Counted from the stretch's first letter, positions 13,231-26,781 are shown. The stretch is DNA of 64,000 bases from Phoronis australis (GCA_002633005.1 NMRA01000109.1:230256-294255), one strand, 5' to 3'. Notes: a model not told the origin generated them from the sequence alone. Program-made: numbers and translations.

Positions 13231-14355
13231 TATGGGAACCAGTAACATTATTCTGCAACTAACCATCGGAAATAGACCTTTTGTGTTATAAACAAACAGC
13301 GGTCTTCACGTTCTTTAAAATTCCTCACTCCCCTTCAATGGCGGTCAATCCTGTTGTATTTTTTCGCATTTTTTTGGTTGTTTGGGTCGAATATTTTGAT
13401 ACCACTGTGCTGTGTCCGATTGTTTTGTGTTTTTGATGAATTTCGAATCACAAATTCTTCGTGAATACTTGGCAGTGTCGGATTTACATGTACTGTATAG
13501 AGGGGCAAAGGGACATTTCTACGAACTGCTCCACCGAGAGAGGGTGCCGTCTGATATGGGACAGCTTAATTATGAAAAGCTAAACATCATTAAGCTTTGA
13601 AATGAATGCCAGTTCATTCCACCGTCGTGAGGACAGACGACGGCGCAGGAAGTGACATTATTCAACATGAAAGTTGGTTGCACTATTTCACAAAAAACAG
13701 GAAAATAGACGTAGTCGAGTCCAACATTGGGTCCTCTCTCTGTCAATAAAAACATAAAAACTGTTACCACTTGAATGTGGTCAATGGCTTCCTTCAGACA
13801 TGGGGCCCCTCTATGTGAAAATATTATCTATATTTCCAAAAATCATTGAATGTGCAGCAATTGATGATAAATGTCAGGTCATCAATTTGTGCTCAAGTGA
13901 TATACAATTAGAGAAAAAAACGACTGTTGCTCGGTTATCCCTTGCCAGAGAGGGACCTCTGGAAAAATGTGGTTTTGCAGTCGCAAAATTGACTTACTGA
14001 ATTTAAAAATCCAGAAAATTAATACACTCTGCAATAGCTTCGCTTTACAAATTTCGTCGATTTTTCTAAATATATGCTTGAATTAAAACATGCACGTTTC
14101 CAAGTGTATTTATAGACAACCTGTGCTGCGAAAGCGGAGACCTCAACAACAAATGTCCTCACCAGGGTCCTCAAAAGGTGAACCGTGCACTGATACAGAG
14201 TTAGTAAACGTTCTCTTGAGTTTTCTCTCTTATCCGAATTTATCAGTCTTTCTTTTCTCGACTGTCCCCGCCCCGTGCGCATGTCAGTTGACAAGGTTTA
14301 GCCCTGAGGCCTGAAAATTTTTGATGGCCCGTGCCCCCCGCTTCCTACGGCCCTG
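13231..14355 (-). mobile_element. hAT-like non-autonomous repeat, copy 1
   Basis: Terminus CAGGGCCGTAGGAAG on the - strand. Diverged ~1 kb inverted match to 33930-34954. Confidence 0.7.
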
Positions 14356-14385
14356 CTATTTCATCAAGATGTCCACGAGCTACTA

Positions 14386-14613
14386 CCCAGTCAACATGCA
14401 GATAATGGATCAATAGTGGCCAATTGTGTAGGCCAGTACCCGCCCAGTTACAGTTTGCACAACAGTTTGGTACTGGGACGGTTTTGGATTGCTATTCCGG
14501 GCTAATATATGGCCAGTACCAAGCCATTACTTGGCCAATACAGCACAGCCTGTGGCGGTCCTGTACAGGGCCACTGTTGGACCCATGTTAAGCCGGTATA
14601 CTAATTCCCTGGG
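14386..14613. mobile_element. MITE with CCCAG...CTGGG termini (EnSpm/CMC-like)
   Basis: TA|CCCAG...CTGGG|TG, with an internal repeated GGCCAGTAC/GTACTGG motif. Confidence 0.5.
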
Positions 14614-15054
14614 TGAAAGTGCAGTGGTGGTTCAATGCCAGATTTGGACCATTGATGGTGACCTTATACATGCAGGCCAAACGCAGGAATAATACTGTTG
14701 TGGGTATAATGAAACATTTTATTCAAATCTCTAAGTTTTTAACTTCTACGACTGCGTGCTTTCTAAGTCCTTTCAATCCTTTTGCATGACTTACTAAAAA
14801 GCTCTTGTTCTTTAATATTTTTTTAATATGAAACAAACTAAGGTCAAACAATTACAAAAATGAGTCAATGACAACTAAGATAAAGTATCTACATAAAAAC
14901 TAAGCAACTAATAACTAACATCTTTTTACAAAACTGTTTCAGGCTCGTTAGTGGACTGGGTAGAAGGTTTGGCGCTTTACGCAGTCTTCGCCCACAATCC
15001 CTGTCGCCAGCGTTTTTGAGTCTGCTGCCCGTCTCTTTTACTATAAAGCTTGCA

Positions 15055-16683
15055 TTAGCACTGGTGTGCTCCTTGATCACATTCCCTGAAATAAAACAAC
15101 GCCTGTATCGTAGGCTACACTGTATATTTAACAGACTCCACTATTTTCGCGTTAAGTTATCCACAATCCACAGTACCACAATTTTGTTTCATATGTTACT
15201 GCATATTACACTGAGTATCCTGGCCATAACTTTTTGAAAAAGACACACTTTTTATCATCATGGACAGCCAAAGGGCACAGCTTCAAATGTGGTCAGGAAT
15301 ACCCCTGTAATACCAGCCTGAGGGAGGTGCACATAGATTTTATGGATTTAGAAAAGCTGGGAGCCTAGGTTAGGCAAAGTTTTAGTGTTCAACCTTTATG
15401 TTTATAAGGTAAACTTATGGGTCATTGGCAAATTCGTCGGCGGCCTGTGGTATAAATGACATGCATCCTCAACGTTTGATCATTCCGAATACATTATTTT
15501 TTATTCCACAAGCCATGAGAGTCGGAGAATTCCATGGGCATGGGTGTTTCGCTGACGCCGCCCATACCAAACACAAATGTCAATAAATTTACACAAAATA
15601 GGGGTTCAACAAACCATGAGCACTTGTTCTTTCTTCTAATGCCTCATTTACAGCGTCCTGTTCCTGTGAGTTCGCAACAAATTCGCAAAAAATATCTTTC
15701 CAAAAGACTGATGCGTCGCAACTATGAGTGTGTCACGCAAATTGGTTCTTGATCGAGTACAGTACGCCGATTTACCCGACGAGTTACGAAGAAATAACGA
15801 CACTTTGTCAGACCATGCCATTATGACTGAACCGCCATAACACATTGCGTAATTTGCGTACTGTTTTTGACCTTGATTTTTTGTTTTGACCGCAGATTTG
15901 TTGCAAACTTGAGCAGGATGCTGTAAATGCTATCAGAAGGAAGAACAATTGCCTACAGTTTGCTGAATCCCTGTTGTGTTTGATATGAACACCCGAACTG
16001 AAGCAAGTCCCGAGTGTCAGACCTTATAATAGTATATAATGGATTGGGGACGGCCAGACTCAGACAGGTTTAGGACAACAGAGGTATAAATATTAATCAG
16101 ATTTTTTATATTCTTACAAACACATTCGCAGAGGATTCAAAGTAAGGACACATGAAACGTACCAGAAATTTGAAGTTTACAAGTCTGTTTACTGCTTAAG
16201 CATTATGACGCCTGAGTACCATGTGTCTACTGGCGGGCGTCACGAAGGAATCAATCGGTTTGAAGTGTCGTTGGACGGTATGGGAGCATTAGTGGCCCAG
16301 AAACGTAGCGGCGGTATGAGGTAAACGCGGTAAGAAGCAACACATACCCAGATCTGGCCAATACTGTCGCGTTTACTGGGTAATTTACCATTTGCAAATG
16401 TAAACCCATCCACGTTTTCGGAACACTCCACTTAAACGGATTACAGTTAGTTAGATGTATGTTTTACTAAACGTAAAAACAGTGCCATTGTATTGTTTTT
16501 CGTACGAGTGTGTTTGGTCGGAACCCTTCCATTTCCGTCTTGGTGTATTGTCGACTGGGGATTAAACACGTTACTAAACTTACTACTCATCGTGTCGGTT
16601 AGCTGGCGCATATTTGCACCAAGGCCAGCCCACGGGATGATAGTCGCGCGTATTGCACATGTTAACATGGAAGTCGACGAATA
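15055..16683 (-). CDS. 3' exons of a Cys-rich kringle/FN2-like protein gene (16683-16584, 16430-16389, 15085-15055); 5' exons not located
   Basis: Canonical splice sites (TTATAG, GTAAGT; CTAAC..TTTAAG, GTAAAT; TTTTATTTCAG). Phases 1-2, 2-2, 2-stop join without stops to give xFVDFHVNMCNTRDYHPVGWPWCKYAPANRHDEYGVFRKRGWVYICKWECDQGAHQC*. AATAAA on the - strand at 14723-14718. Confidence 0.55.
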
Positions 16684-16870
16684 CTATAATGAATCAACAT
16701 TTTTTATACACTGCACCAATATAATGAAGTGAAAACACGTTTCATGGTTTCACTTTCTCGTGAAGTTAACATTTTATTGCCACGTACTGCAAAATTCGTC
16801 ACAATAACCGACGAGGAGCGGAGGTTAGAAACTGGCCCCACGGTGAGTCTTTCGGGTTCTATTGATTAAA

Positions 16871-19800
16871 GGTTCATTCTCCACAAAAGTGTGCAACTGG
16901 AAAAATATAAGAAAAAATAAAGTTGTCAGTACTGCTTAAAAATGTATTGAAATAAGATTGTTAGTTTAAGTAGCCTGTGAGCACAAAAGGAATTATTCGT
17001 AACTTTGCTGATTTTGGTTGTGCGAGTGGACAAAGAAGGGGGCTCAATTAAACTGTTCGTAGACACGTTATTGGCTGGAATTTGATTTTGTGGTGCAAAT
17101 ACTTAAACAGCTATACATTAAACTTTATGTAGTAAACACCTCTGAGTTATGAAAAAAACTTTGCTTGTTTACAATAAAAAAGATCGTCAATTTTAATTTT
17201 GTACTTTTGATGTGTACTTTAATGTCAATACTACGAAAAAAAATCAAATGCATGTCAACAGATGTTACTTTGGAACGAGGCCACGTGTATTTTATGTGAA
17301 CAGGCAATGGCGACACAGTGAAGGTAGTTCACAGACAGTAAACGAGAGGAAATTGTCAATTGCATGACTTCAACAAAGTCATACCTTTCATACCGTATCT
17401 ATGAACAATTTACGGTCACAACCTCGAAAGGATTCATACACTTTTTATCGAACGACAGTGTTGGAAGGCTTACTTTAAGTTAATAAGTTATTTAATTATA
17501 TTTTTGATATTATGTATCTTTTGTGCTCATGGCTTTTTCACTGGTTTATATTTCTAGTACTCCAATCCGCGAACTTCTTCAAGCAAACCTAAAGTTTATT
17601 ATTTTGCTGAAACGTATGCTACAAGCAACACTAATTAACCAACTTGCAGCAAAAGAAAACGTATGGGTCCGTTGTCTCCACCTCGTTACGTTGATGTTTT
17701 ACTTCTCTACTTCAAGTTCCAATTTCTGTGTTTTGTATCTCGCATGTCTTAGAGCTTTTAACCTTCGAGATTTTCCTCTTTTTCTATCTGGAAAGATCAG
17801 CTTTACGCAAGGCTTTTCATTTGATCTCGTCCCAAGGCTTTCGTTTTCTGTTGAATCAGACACCTGGTTGCTCTGTGCGCCAATGTTTTCAGATCTAGCA
17901 CTAGAAACAACATCACCCGTGGCAGATACGCGCTTCTTCTGTCTGTAGTATCTCCTGTTGTAAATTCTGACCTTGGAGTTATACATTTTCTGTTGGGTGT
18001 CGGATTTCTCAGAGGCAGCAACCATGTGTCTGTTTTGTCTTTCTCTTTCCTTTCTCAGGAAATCAGGATCGTTGCGTTTTTTTTTCGATGAGATTTTTTA
18101 ATCTCTGCTTGCGTTTTACCCATAAGGTCTGAAAGAGATGCGTCCCAATGAAATATCACCCCTATATGAGTGACAAATGCCTATGCGCAGCACTGCTAAA
18201 GAGACCCAACTTGGGTCACTTAAATGCAGGTGTTCGCTTTCAGTCTGGAGGCAGTCACCATTTAAGGCAAGGGGTGTGGCCAAGCTCCAAACATAGGGAC
18301 AAATTTATACCTAGAAAAGAAGGGAAAATGCGTCCCACATTCATACCAAGAACAAGAAATGCGACCCATATTTATGCCAACAACAAGAATTGAGACCAAT
18401 ATTTGTAATTCATCTGAAGAACGTTCACCGTGAGAAAGGTGAAAAAGCGACCAAATTTATACCAAAAATGAAAAATTAAACTCATTTGGGCTGCACGTCT
18501 CCATCACCATTATTATTACATAGAGTGCCCCTGATTTCAATTTTCAATGAGACAAAAAACCGGATTCCTGGCAAAACTGTAAATATCATCATTGTCGCAT
18601 AGGTAAGCTTTAACTCGATTTGAATCATCCTTGCCTAGGAAAAGTCATAAATTTGAGGATTTTCCATAGATACGTTATTGTGAATCACAGAAAACGCTTC
18701 AATTATCCCCTTTTTTCTTATATGTCTAACTGCTTCTCAATTTACTAAAGCTATTTCGCGTGTAAATGTATATTCCGTTAAAAAATGCTTGATTTGAATC
18801 GTTACTTCCCAGTTTGAAGGGGCTTCACAGATACGTCACATGTGTATAGCGTGACATAGATACATGTACGTTATTGCAGGAAGCCCATTTCGGTTGGGCC
18901 TGTACAATTCTGTTTATTATCACTAAACATTGGACTGTTTCTTAACGCTATGAAAGCTACGATGTACATTTGTATATCGCTTCGGTAAACACTGCATATT
19001 TTAAATCTGACAACAACATTACCTACCTCGTCAAAGATGTAACTGATCGCGCTTTGAATCACTCGGCTTTGTCTTCAGGCTGTCCATTTTAGCGCAATCA
19101 GGCATTATATGTCTGTTCGTCCAAAATGGAACGCAGCGTGGGAAGGTCAGCCAAAAATAACGTATCTGTAACATAACGTACATGTATCACTGAAATCAAA
19201 GACAAAACTGACGACGCGCGACAAATTTCTGATGAAAAGAATGAAATGACCATTTCAATACACTCTTACAGTAAGCCCAACAGCATTGAAAGCACTTACT
19301 TTCCCAGGCGGCAGCCCATTTTCACTGAACGTAATTAACGTGTCTACATGTATGAAAACAATAGGGTAACAATTTGAATTTCGAACTTCACAGACAGTGC
19401 AGCTCTTTCTATTGATATCTGTGAAATCAATGATTTTGTTTCCTTATTACATAATGTTTTGACAATAAAAAAGCGTGACAATATTATTTGAAAGTGTGAA
19501 TATACGTCCTGGGATGAGTCATGTGCAGTCATAACGTATCTATGACTGATTTTTGTGACAACTATATTTTCTTCTCCAGAATTTAAAAAATACATTGGTC
19601 GGACAACATTTTTTCTTCGATCAATATTTGTAACTAAAATGTGTAACCTAATTTCTCTGGCAACAAATGGTAAAACAAAACTACAGTGTATGCAAAACGT
19701 ACACAATTCACTATGGCCTGTGCCAGCGAAATAATGCTGAAAATGGGACTTCAATCCTGAGACAGTGCAAAAACTGTGCAGCTTAGAACAAAAAGTTGTA

Positions 19801-19925
19801 TTGTCCGCTGGTCCACCGATAGTAAAGTTCAGTTTGAATGAAAAACGGGTGTGATTAGACACTTTAATTATTATTGGACCACTAACACCGTTTTTTGTAT
19901 TGCACATTTTAGTGGAGAATGAACC
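16871..19925 (-). mobile_element. TIR DNA transposon with a 4-bp TAAA TSD, tentatively Sola-like, internally deleted
   Basis: TAAA|GGTTCATTCTCCACAAAAGTGTGCAA...TTGCACATTTTAGTGGAGAATGAACC|TAAA. Decayed - strand ORF from 18123 (MGKTQAEIKKSHRK..RNDPDFLRKERERQNRH...) and C-terminal YTWP. Repeated subterminal motif TAGATACGTTAT. Confidence 0.8.
18130..18533. repeat. MITE-like insertion nested in the Sola-like element
   Basis: Repeated GACCCA..TTTATACC units, ending GAGTGCCCC. Confidence 0.4.
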
Positions 19926-21199
19926 TAAACTCCCGATTGACTAGGCTCTTCAAACAAATTCCGCAAAAACAATTAATAAAACTGAGTGTAGCAACTACAA
20001 ATGAGTGCACGTGACTGATTTTCAATAATTGATCTTCATCAAATCATTCTCTGACCTAATTTCCAATTTTGACGACATAAGCCGCTTACAGACTTCGTCA
20101 TGTTGTGCTGGCTACTCCCATTTCAGTAAGGGGTGAGTCACCAATTATTCCCACCTGTACTGACTTTTGCTTGTCAGTTTTATCAACCAAGCTCTATCCT
20201 CGCTGTTGTTGCAAAAATTACTGTGCTAGATCTGAACACTCCGATCATAACTAAGATAGCAGTAGGCACGCGGTTGCAAACTGGACGCTACATTGCTGCA
20301 CTGGCTTTAAATCATCCTGGGATTTCTTTGGAAGCTAGAGATGGATAGTTTGAAGTCCACACGATGACACTTGACTCATGCTAGAATGTCGAATGTCAAC
20401 TTAAAGTTTCGAGTCTGCGCTCAAATGCATATATGTTCAATCTTAGACGAATAAGTTATACCGCATACTTCTGTAACGGGACCTCAGAAAACAGAACAGT
20501 GATATTAACTCACTACGTTGCGCAGTTCGTACTTGCTGACCACAGCAAAGATACTGCACGTACATGTACTGACACACGTACAGCTTGGCTGCATCGTTAT
20601 GTGGGACGTTGACGAAAAGTCTGTGCTTATAGTCAACTATCTACAAAACCATAAAATTCAACTCGGTAATGCATATATTTTCTGAATGTTGAAAGACCTA
20701 AAATTTTATCTTGTAGTTTGTCTTTATATTAACCGGTCATTGTTTGAGGCTCATGGCCATGTCTTTTCTGTAAAGATTAGTGAGTAGAAAGGTACAGTCA
20801 TAGCAAAACGTCACTAATTATTTCGCCACCTTTGGTTTGATAAAAATGTACAGGAGGAAATCCCACGAACGAAGTCATGTTGCAGAAGTGGGCCACTTTG
20901 AAACAATTTTTGGCGAAGAGTGCATAACGTAATGTACTTGGAAGTTTCGTTTCAATCCGAGAATGGACAAATTTGGACATTTCTCTGGGGTCTTACACAA
21001 CATACATTAAAACACGCATAAAAGAAATGTTTTCAAGTCCATGTCCAATGCTGTGAGCGTTCATTTTTATACTCAGTCGTTCGTCTTCAGAGACAACCTT
21101 GACACCACGGCCGTGCAATTAACCATTTTGAAGACCCTACCACCCTTATGGAACTTTTTATGACTGTGCGTCTAACCTTCCTGATGTCTTTTGGACTTG

Positions 21200-22270
21200 A
21201 GGCAGCTGAATGTGAGTTCTTTTTGTGCACTTTTTGTATAAACTGGCCCTCACGTTGTGAGCAATATGCATCCTTAGAACAGTTTTCCACCTTCAACTGG
21301 TAGTTCTCGGTGACTTTAGTGTGGTCACCGAATTCTGTTACATTAGTTTCAAGTTAAACTGGTGCACCTCTAGGAAAAAAGCGAACGTGGCTTACTAAAT
21401 TTCCATCTCTAATGAAATTAGAGGTTGGAATGTTTAAAAAAACGGATTGGGTTCGTAAATGAATGATCAACAGCCTACTGACAACCTGGTTACTCATTTT
21501 GGTAACCACACCAAACAGATTTGACGGTGTTTTGAGCGTAAAGGGAATCGTGATCTCAGTCAGGCATTCGCTAAGTCTACAGTCGTGATGTGCATAATCA
21601 ACTGGAATTCTCTTCCAGACTCTGTTAAGGAATGCAATTCTTTTATCAATATAAAAATAATATTTGAACTGTTTTTCATGACTTTGATAAATCAACAGCC
21701 CTGACTCAATTCTCCCCTCCCCGCGAAAACGAAATGGCATTGTACAGATCAAGATGCGGTCTAGGCACAACTTTAGTAATGTCTTTCCATGGTGTAAACG
21801 TGGTGACCATCAATCTTATCATGTTTTCTTTCAATGTCCCCTCATCGATTATCTGAGTGACTCACTCTTTTGGCACTCAATGAAAACCAATCAATAGTGA
21901 AAGCTCTCAATTCTTGTAACAATATTCCTACTAAAGCAACATTATTACTGAATGGTAGTCCTAGCTTTGACCTCCTTCTCGATGAATTCCTCTTAAGCAA
22001 CATTAGCAAATTTTTATGTATCGCTTATAAATATTATTGCTTCTGATTTCCATATATTTATTTGTACATGTTTTTATATTATATGTTCGTAGGAGCTTAT
22101 CTATGTATTGGAATGCTTATATCAGATACATGTACTACTTGCATGTAGTATATACCTCTATGTATATTACTTTTATTTAAGCATTGTCTACAACCCAGAT
22201 ATAATGCTTCGCGATTTCTGGGTTTGTCATAATTTCTTTGTGTGTTTTGCATATTCTTTAACAAATATAT
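21200..22270 (+). mobile_element. CR1/L2-group LINE 3' end (ORF2 C-terminus and 3' UTR), decayed
   Basis: + strand INWNSLPDSVKECNSF and PWCKRGDHQSYHVFFQCP (C-terminal zinc knuckle), followed by an AT-rich UTR with the hairpin ACAACCCAGA...TCTGGGTTTGT. Confidence 0.7.
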
Positions 22271-22348
22271 ATCACCTAAAGTGATCTCTGTTGCAGAAAA
22301 ATGTTGTTCCTTTTTTGAGCTACATTGTACATGTGAGTTCGTTTACAG

Positions 22349-22633
22349 TACCAAACTACTCGTGTAAAGTTGATGTCAAGGGACTCGGGTACAACGGTAG
22401 CGTTGCAAAGGGTGTTTCGGGAGAAAGGTGCAGGAAGTGGTCTAGTCCGGAAGTTCAGAGGCATATGACAAAATCTCGCCGCATATCTGATTCCTACGCC
22501 AGTTGGGGAAGAAGTATCCAGTCTTCCAACTTTTGCAGGAACCCGGACGGTGAAGTACGAGGCCCATGGTGCTACATTGAAGGAGAAGATATACCGTCAT
22601 TCCGATTTTGTGATATTAAAATCTGTGAAAAGA
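22349..22633 (+). CDS. Kringle-domain exon of a Kremen-like (Kringle-WSC) gene
   Basis: TTTACAG acceptor, GTAAGT donor, 285 bp, phase 1-1. CKVDVKGLGYNGSVAKGVSGERCRKW...NFCRNPDGEVRGPWCY...FCDIKIC has all six kringle Cys. Confidence 0.95.
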
Positions 22634-24219
22634 GTAAGTAAACATTATTGAAGAAGAGGCTGCTGATGCTGGAATTTTAAGCTCCATTAAAAAAAAATCG
22701 GAAATCCCTCAAAACACTCTTAACACATTAGCTCCGTGTGGCTTGAATTCCGATGTGCTTGCATTCTATGGCAGTTACGAACTGTTCCCGGGTGGAAATT
22801 TTTTCATTCATTGTCCGTCATTTAGAGTGGATGTTAAACGGGAAGTTAAGTGGGAAGTTCGACAAAGGCGTCGCATATTCAGACGGAATTAGCCCCACTG
22901 AAGTGCGTTGCTAGTCATACTAGTCAGCAAGCGAGTTGGTTATGCTCATATACAGGTATGAAGATAACAAATTCTCAGCCACCAGAGGCATTTGGACGGT
23001 CTATAACGAATGTTATGTTACAAACAAGGGATCTCGTGACATAAATTGAAAACAACTAGAACATTCATGGGTTGGAAGATGGGACAACGACGGATTTGCA
23101 AGTGTCTTTGATTAATTGAAAATTAATGTGCAATAAACAAAAAACTAGCTGGAAATAGCGAAGCACGGGTACCAGCTTGTGTAAGGGGATCAGCTTTTGC
23201 CGGGATTGCGCTAGACACGGGAAGCTGTCCTGCTGATACATGCTCGAGTTAGTAAGAAACAAAAATATCAGCTGTGCTGTTTTCAATGCTTTAACTATTG
23301 TTTGCTATTGTCATTAAAATTTTTGTTTATCGCATTTCATGTTTGTTGAACGTCAACTTATATAGTGCATTCCCGTAGCCGGGGGGAGGGGGGTTCGGGG
23401 GGTTCGATGGAACCCCTCCTCCGAGGAAAAGGTCCAGCCCTATCCTATCGGATAGACAGATTTAGATGGACAACAAAGTAGTTGTTAGTAGCTACTGGTT
23501 CTACTTTCCACAATCATAAGCAAGTTAATATTAATGTTGAATTTGCTTCCGATGTTAAGCGCTTCACATAATCATCGGGCCGTATCCAGCCCGAGTAGTG
23601 ACTGCGTAGATGACGATCAGAGGAGGCTTTGTTATTCATCGGCATTGAAATCGCGTGGTCTCTAGACCTTAGGGTAACACGGGAGTCTAAAAGTAAATGT
23701 CTGTGCCTAGACCAAACTACATGTATACAGCATTGAGAGAGCTCGAAGTAGTGGTGTGTGAATGCCTTAAAATCGACCACGAAACAAAACAGCAGAAAAT
23801 GGGTTTGTTATTTGCTACTTCTAGCATAGTATGGATAAAGTGCAGGCATTTTCAAATTTCGAATTCAAAGTGATCGTCAAATATCTTGTTCATCAAGTGT
23901 TCACTTTGATTGTGGATTGGTGGATTGACATGCATGCATGCGTGTACACGTGTGTGCGTTTCCGTTCTTTAAATTTCAGTACACGCCGACGGTAAGTTCA
24001 CTGACTACTCTGCAGTTTCTCAAAACTCAGACATTTAGCTACCGCGTTTTTTGCGCTGAGAAATTCCCGAATGCTCACATTATTAGGTGAGTCTAGACCT
24101 AATTAAAACCTCGGTCAATAAAGAAAGTCTTCCCTGTAAATCAATGTCAATGGTGCACAGCCTCGCAGACTAGTCATACGAGCACCAATCATGATGGAAA
24201 AGATTTCCAAGTTTACATG

Positions 24220-25013
24220 TCTGAAGGTTCTCTACTCCGAAGGTTCGCTACCTTCTAAAGTTCACTACTTTGAATGTCCAAAATTCCGAAACCAGAACTC
24301 CGACAGTTCATTACTCTGATTTTATACTTATGATTCAGAACCGACATAAATAAAGTATTGTATATGTGTTCATTTAATAACCATTTAAGAGGTGTGCAAG
24401 AGTTCAATAGTCCCAAAAATGATTTACATTGTTTACAAAAGAGCTCAGTTCCAGTAACTGCCAATCGTGATTCTTGAATTTAACTAAAGACTCCTTCTCA
24501 ATTGGGGACAACATCTGGGGCACGGGTCCGGCGGTTTTAAATTTAAGAAGACTGAATGAGACTTTGTGACAGGGTAGCCTACTAACTACGTTTAGTTTCG
24601 ATCCGGCCGTACGATTAGTTCCGGTAGGTGAGGTTGAAGTGCAGCGGCCTCAAACTTTTTTCGCGCTGTGAGATGATGCGATCTTGACATGGGATTGATG
24701 AATATATCATGGTTGATAATTCATCAACATTTCTGTTTCATATTCTTTTAGAAATTCAAAAACGTACTCATTTTCCCGTATAGACATGCAGACAACTTCA
24801 CATGCACATGGAATCCAAACAAAGTGATTTATTAGCCGGGTGTATTGCTGTCGGTATAGTTGCATCTAATAACTAAAGTGTCGCTTATTTTTGCATGTAA
24901 AAGTATAACCTTGAGTTACACCTGAGTCAGAAATTTTAGACCATTTCGGAGTAGTGGACCTTCGGAGTAGTGAACCTTCGAAGTAGTAAACCTTCGGAAT
25001 AGTGGGCTGTTCT
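24220..25013. mobile_element. Foldback-type element with inverted arrays of a 16-bp unit
   Basis: Left array GGTTCTCTACTCCGAA-like x3 and right array TTCGGAGTAGTGAACC x4, in inverted orientation. Confidence 0.65.
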
Positions 25014-25864
25014 CATTTCCAGCAATATAAGCAGCTTGTAACAAAAATACAATCACATGAAAATTACGTCAAGCCATTCTCCCACTAAATATTACCGTCC
25101 GAGTATGTAATGAGGAGTAATCACTCATTTAAAAAACCCGATTTGAAAGTTTGGCAGGAGGTAACGCGAGAACGTTAGGCTTTAGGCCTATGGATCACCT
25201 TGCGTCCGAATTTGAGTCCCGTTTCTTGCGAGCAACCCTCACGACATCCTCATTTCTGGTATTACAAATTCTGTCTTATCTCAGAAAGACATGGTTGCCA
25301 TGGATACAGATTTCCTTTCCCCATAATTAAGCTTCAAGCGCCATACCAAAAACTCGAGTGTCGACGTTTGAAAAAGGTCCACCTTTCTAGAAATTCGAAC
25401 CACCCCCCGCGCAATACTGGCTACAGGCCTGTAGTGATCTCACTGTTCACAAATGTGATGGTGGTAATACCACGAAGTATATACACGCAGTGTAACTTTG
25501 AAATTTCCATACTGACTTCAAATTCACATGTACTAGTATATTTATGAATGTACGTTTCACATTTTCGATCGAGGTCATGTAAGATTAGTGTTCGCAGGCA
25601 GAAAAGTTCAACGATCATCGCCCAATGAAATTCTTTGGTCCCTCTTTTCCAATTAGGAAGATGAAGTTTTCAGCCAGTAATCGAGATTTTTAAACAATTT
25701 TTTTGAAAAAGTTATTTCTAATCTTTATTTGCTTTTGGAGTAACCAGTACCTGTGAAAGCGAAAAGAAAAAGAACGATCAAGTAAACTAGGTAGCCATTT
25801 TTGATACATCAGTGTTTCACCTGTCGATACAACATGTTTGACTTCAATAATGGTACGACCTCAC

Positions 25865-26113
25865 AAAATCCAGCCAAAAGAACTCGTTCTCATTGAAGTA
25901 AACGGCAACATCTCAGGTATTCTCGCAAAGACTTGTTTCAGCGTTACTGAACTCATGCAGGGCCAGTTTGCCGATGCTTCCATGTGGTTTGGGTGACCTG
26001 TAACATTCGGGAACTTTTGCCCATGGCTCATAACAAACATTGACTGCTAGGCTGAGTCCAGTCCAGTGAGGCCTTTCTGACACGGTTGCATTTTCAGTTG
26101 TGGAGAATACCGA
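25865..26113 (-). pseudogene. Possible decayed C-type-lectin-like exon
   Basis: 249 bp between AG and GTGAG, phase 0-0, one stop: ...PHWTGLS...HEFSNAETSLCENT*DVAVYFNENEFFWLDF. Confidence 0.3.
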
Positions 26114-26299
26114 CTACGTGGCATGTCACACAAAACATGAAAGTACATGTAATTACGGCGTGAAAACATTAATGCAATTCTAGTGTACACTTACGGCTAA
26201 ACTAAAAATTGTGTGAAATACTTTTTAAAATTTATCCTATATTTTAAAATTCCAAACTTAGCGACCAAGTAGTCCAGTGACCACCATTTTGCTATGTCA

Positions 26300-26781
26300 C
26301 ACTAGTAGTAAAGTCTCGAGTTTACTCGCAGTACACTCGAGGGATTTTGTGTGATCTTGCTTTTCTCGCAAGAGGCTTGCGCTAAGGAACGTATCCAGGG
26401 CACGGTCTCTCTCTGTACTCGAAAGGAACTCGAAATTATTTTGGCACTTCCTCTGCTCCTTGTGTGCAAACTCATCATAAGTAGTTCTCAGACTGTGCTC
26501 GAATAAGTAACAGTTTATGCATATGAGTTTCTAGTCCAAGTTTGCACTTGAAGACCTTATATTCGTGCTCCAAACTTGAGTAAAATCTCGAAATTTCGAG
26601 TCAAACTCGAACTTTTAGCCTTAACGTTGGTTTTATCAACTGCAAACGCGTTCTAGTAAATAGTCATAGAATAATAATACTTATCTTGAGTTCGCACTAA
26701 AGTAGAGTAGAAACTGAAAAACATAATTTCGAGTTCCATTTCCAATAAAAAGATTAGAGACCTGCCCAAGAACTGCTAGTA
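26300..26781. mobile_element. CACTA-type MITE
   Basis: Starts CACTAGTAG and ends CTGCTAGTA, with many internal CTCGA/TCGAG subterminal motifs. Confidence 0.5.

Noticed and set aside
19344-19907. 187 aa ORF, the longest in the track
   Set aside because: Lies in the subterminal non-coding region of the TIR element, has no motifs, and spans a TACATGTA and a binding-motif copy.
20090-20350. Candidate 5' exon(s) of the Kremen-like gene (GG|GTGAGT donor at 20132)
   Set aside because: Weak acceptor, no in-frame ATG or convincing signal peptide, and the following segment contains stops.
21087-21770. Long - strand ORF pair (138 aa + 69 aa in frame)
   Set aside because: Antisense shadow of a decayed + strand LINE ORF2; no recognisable motifs.
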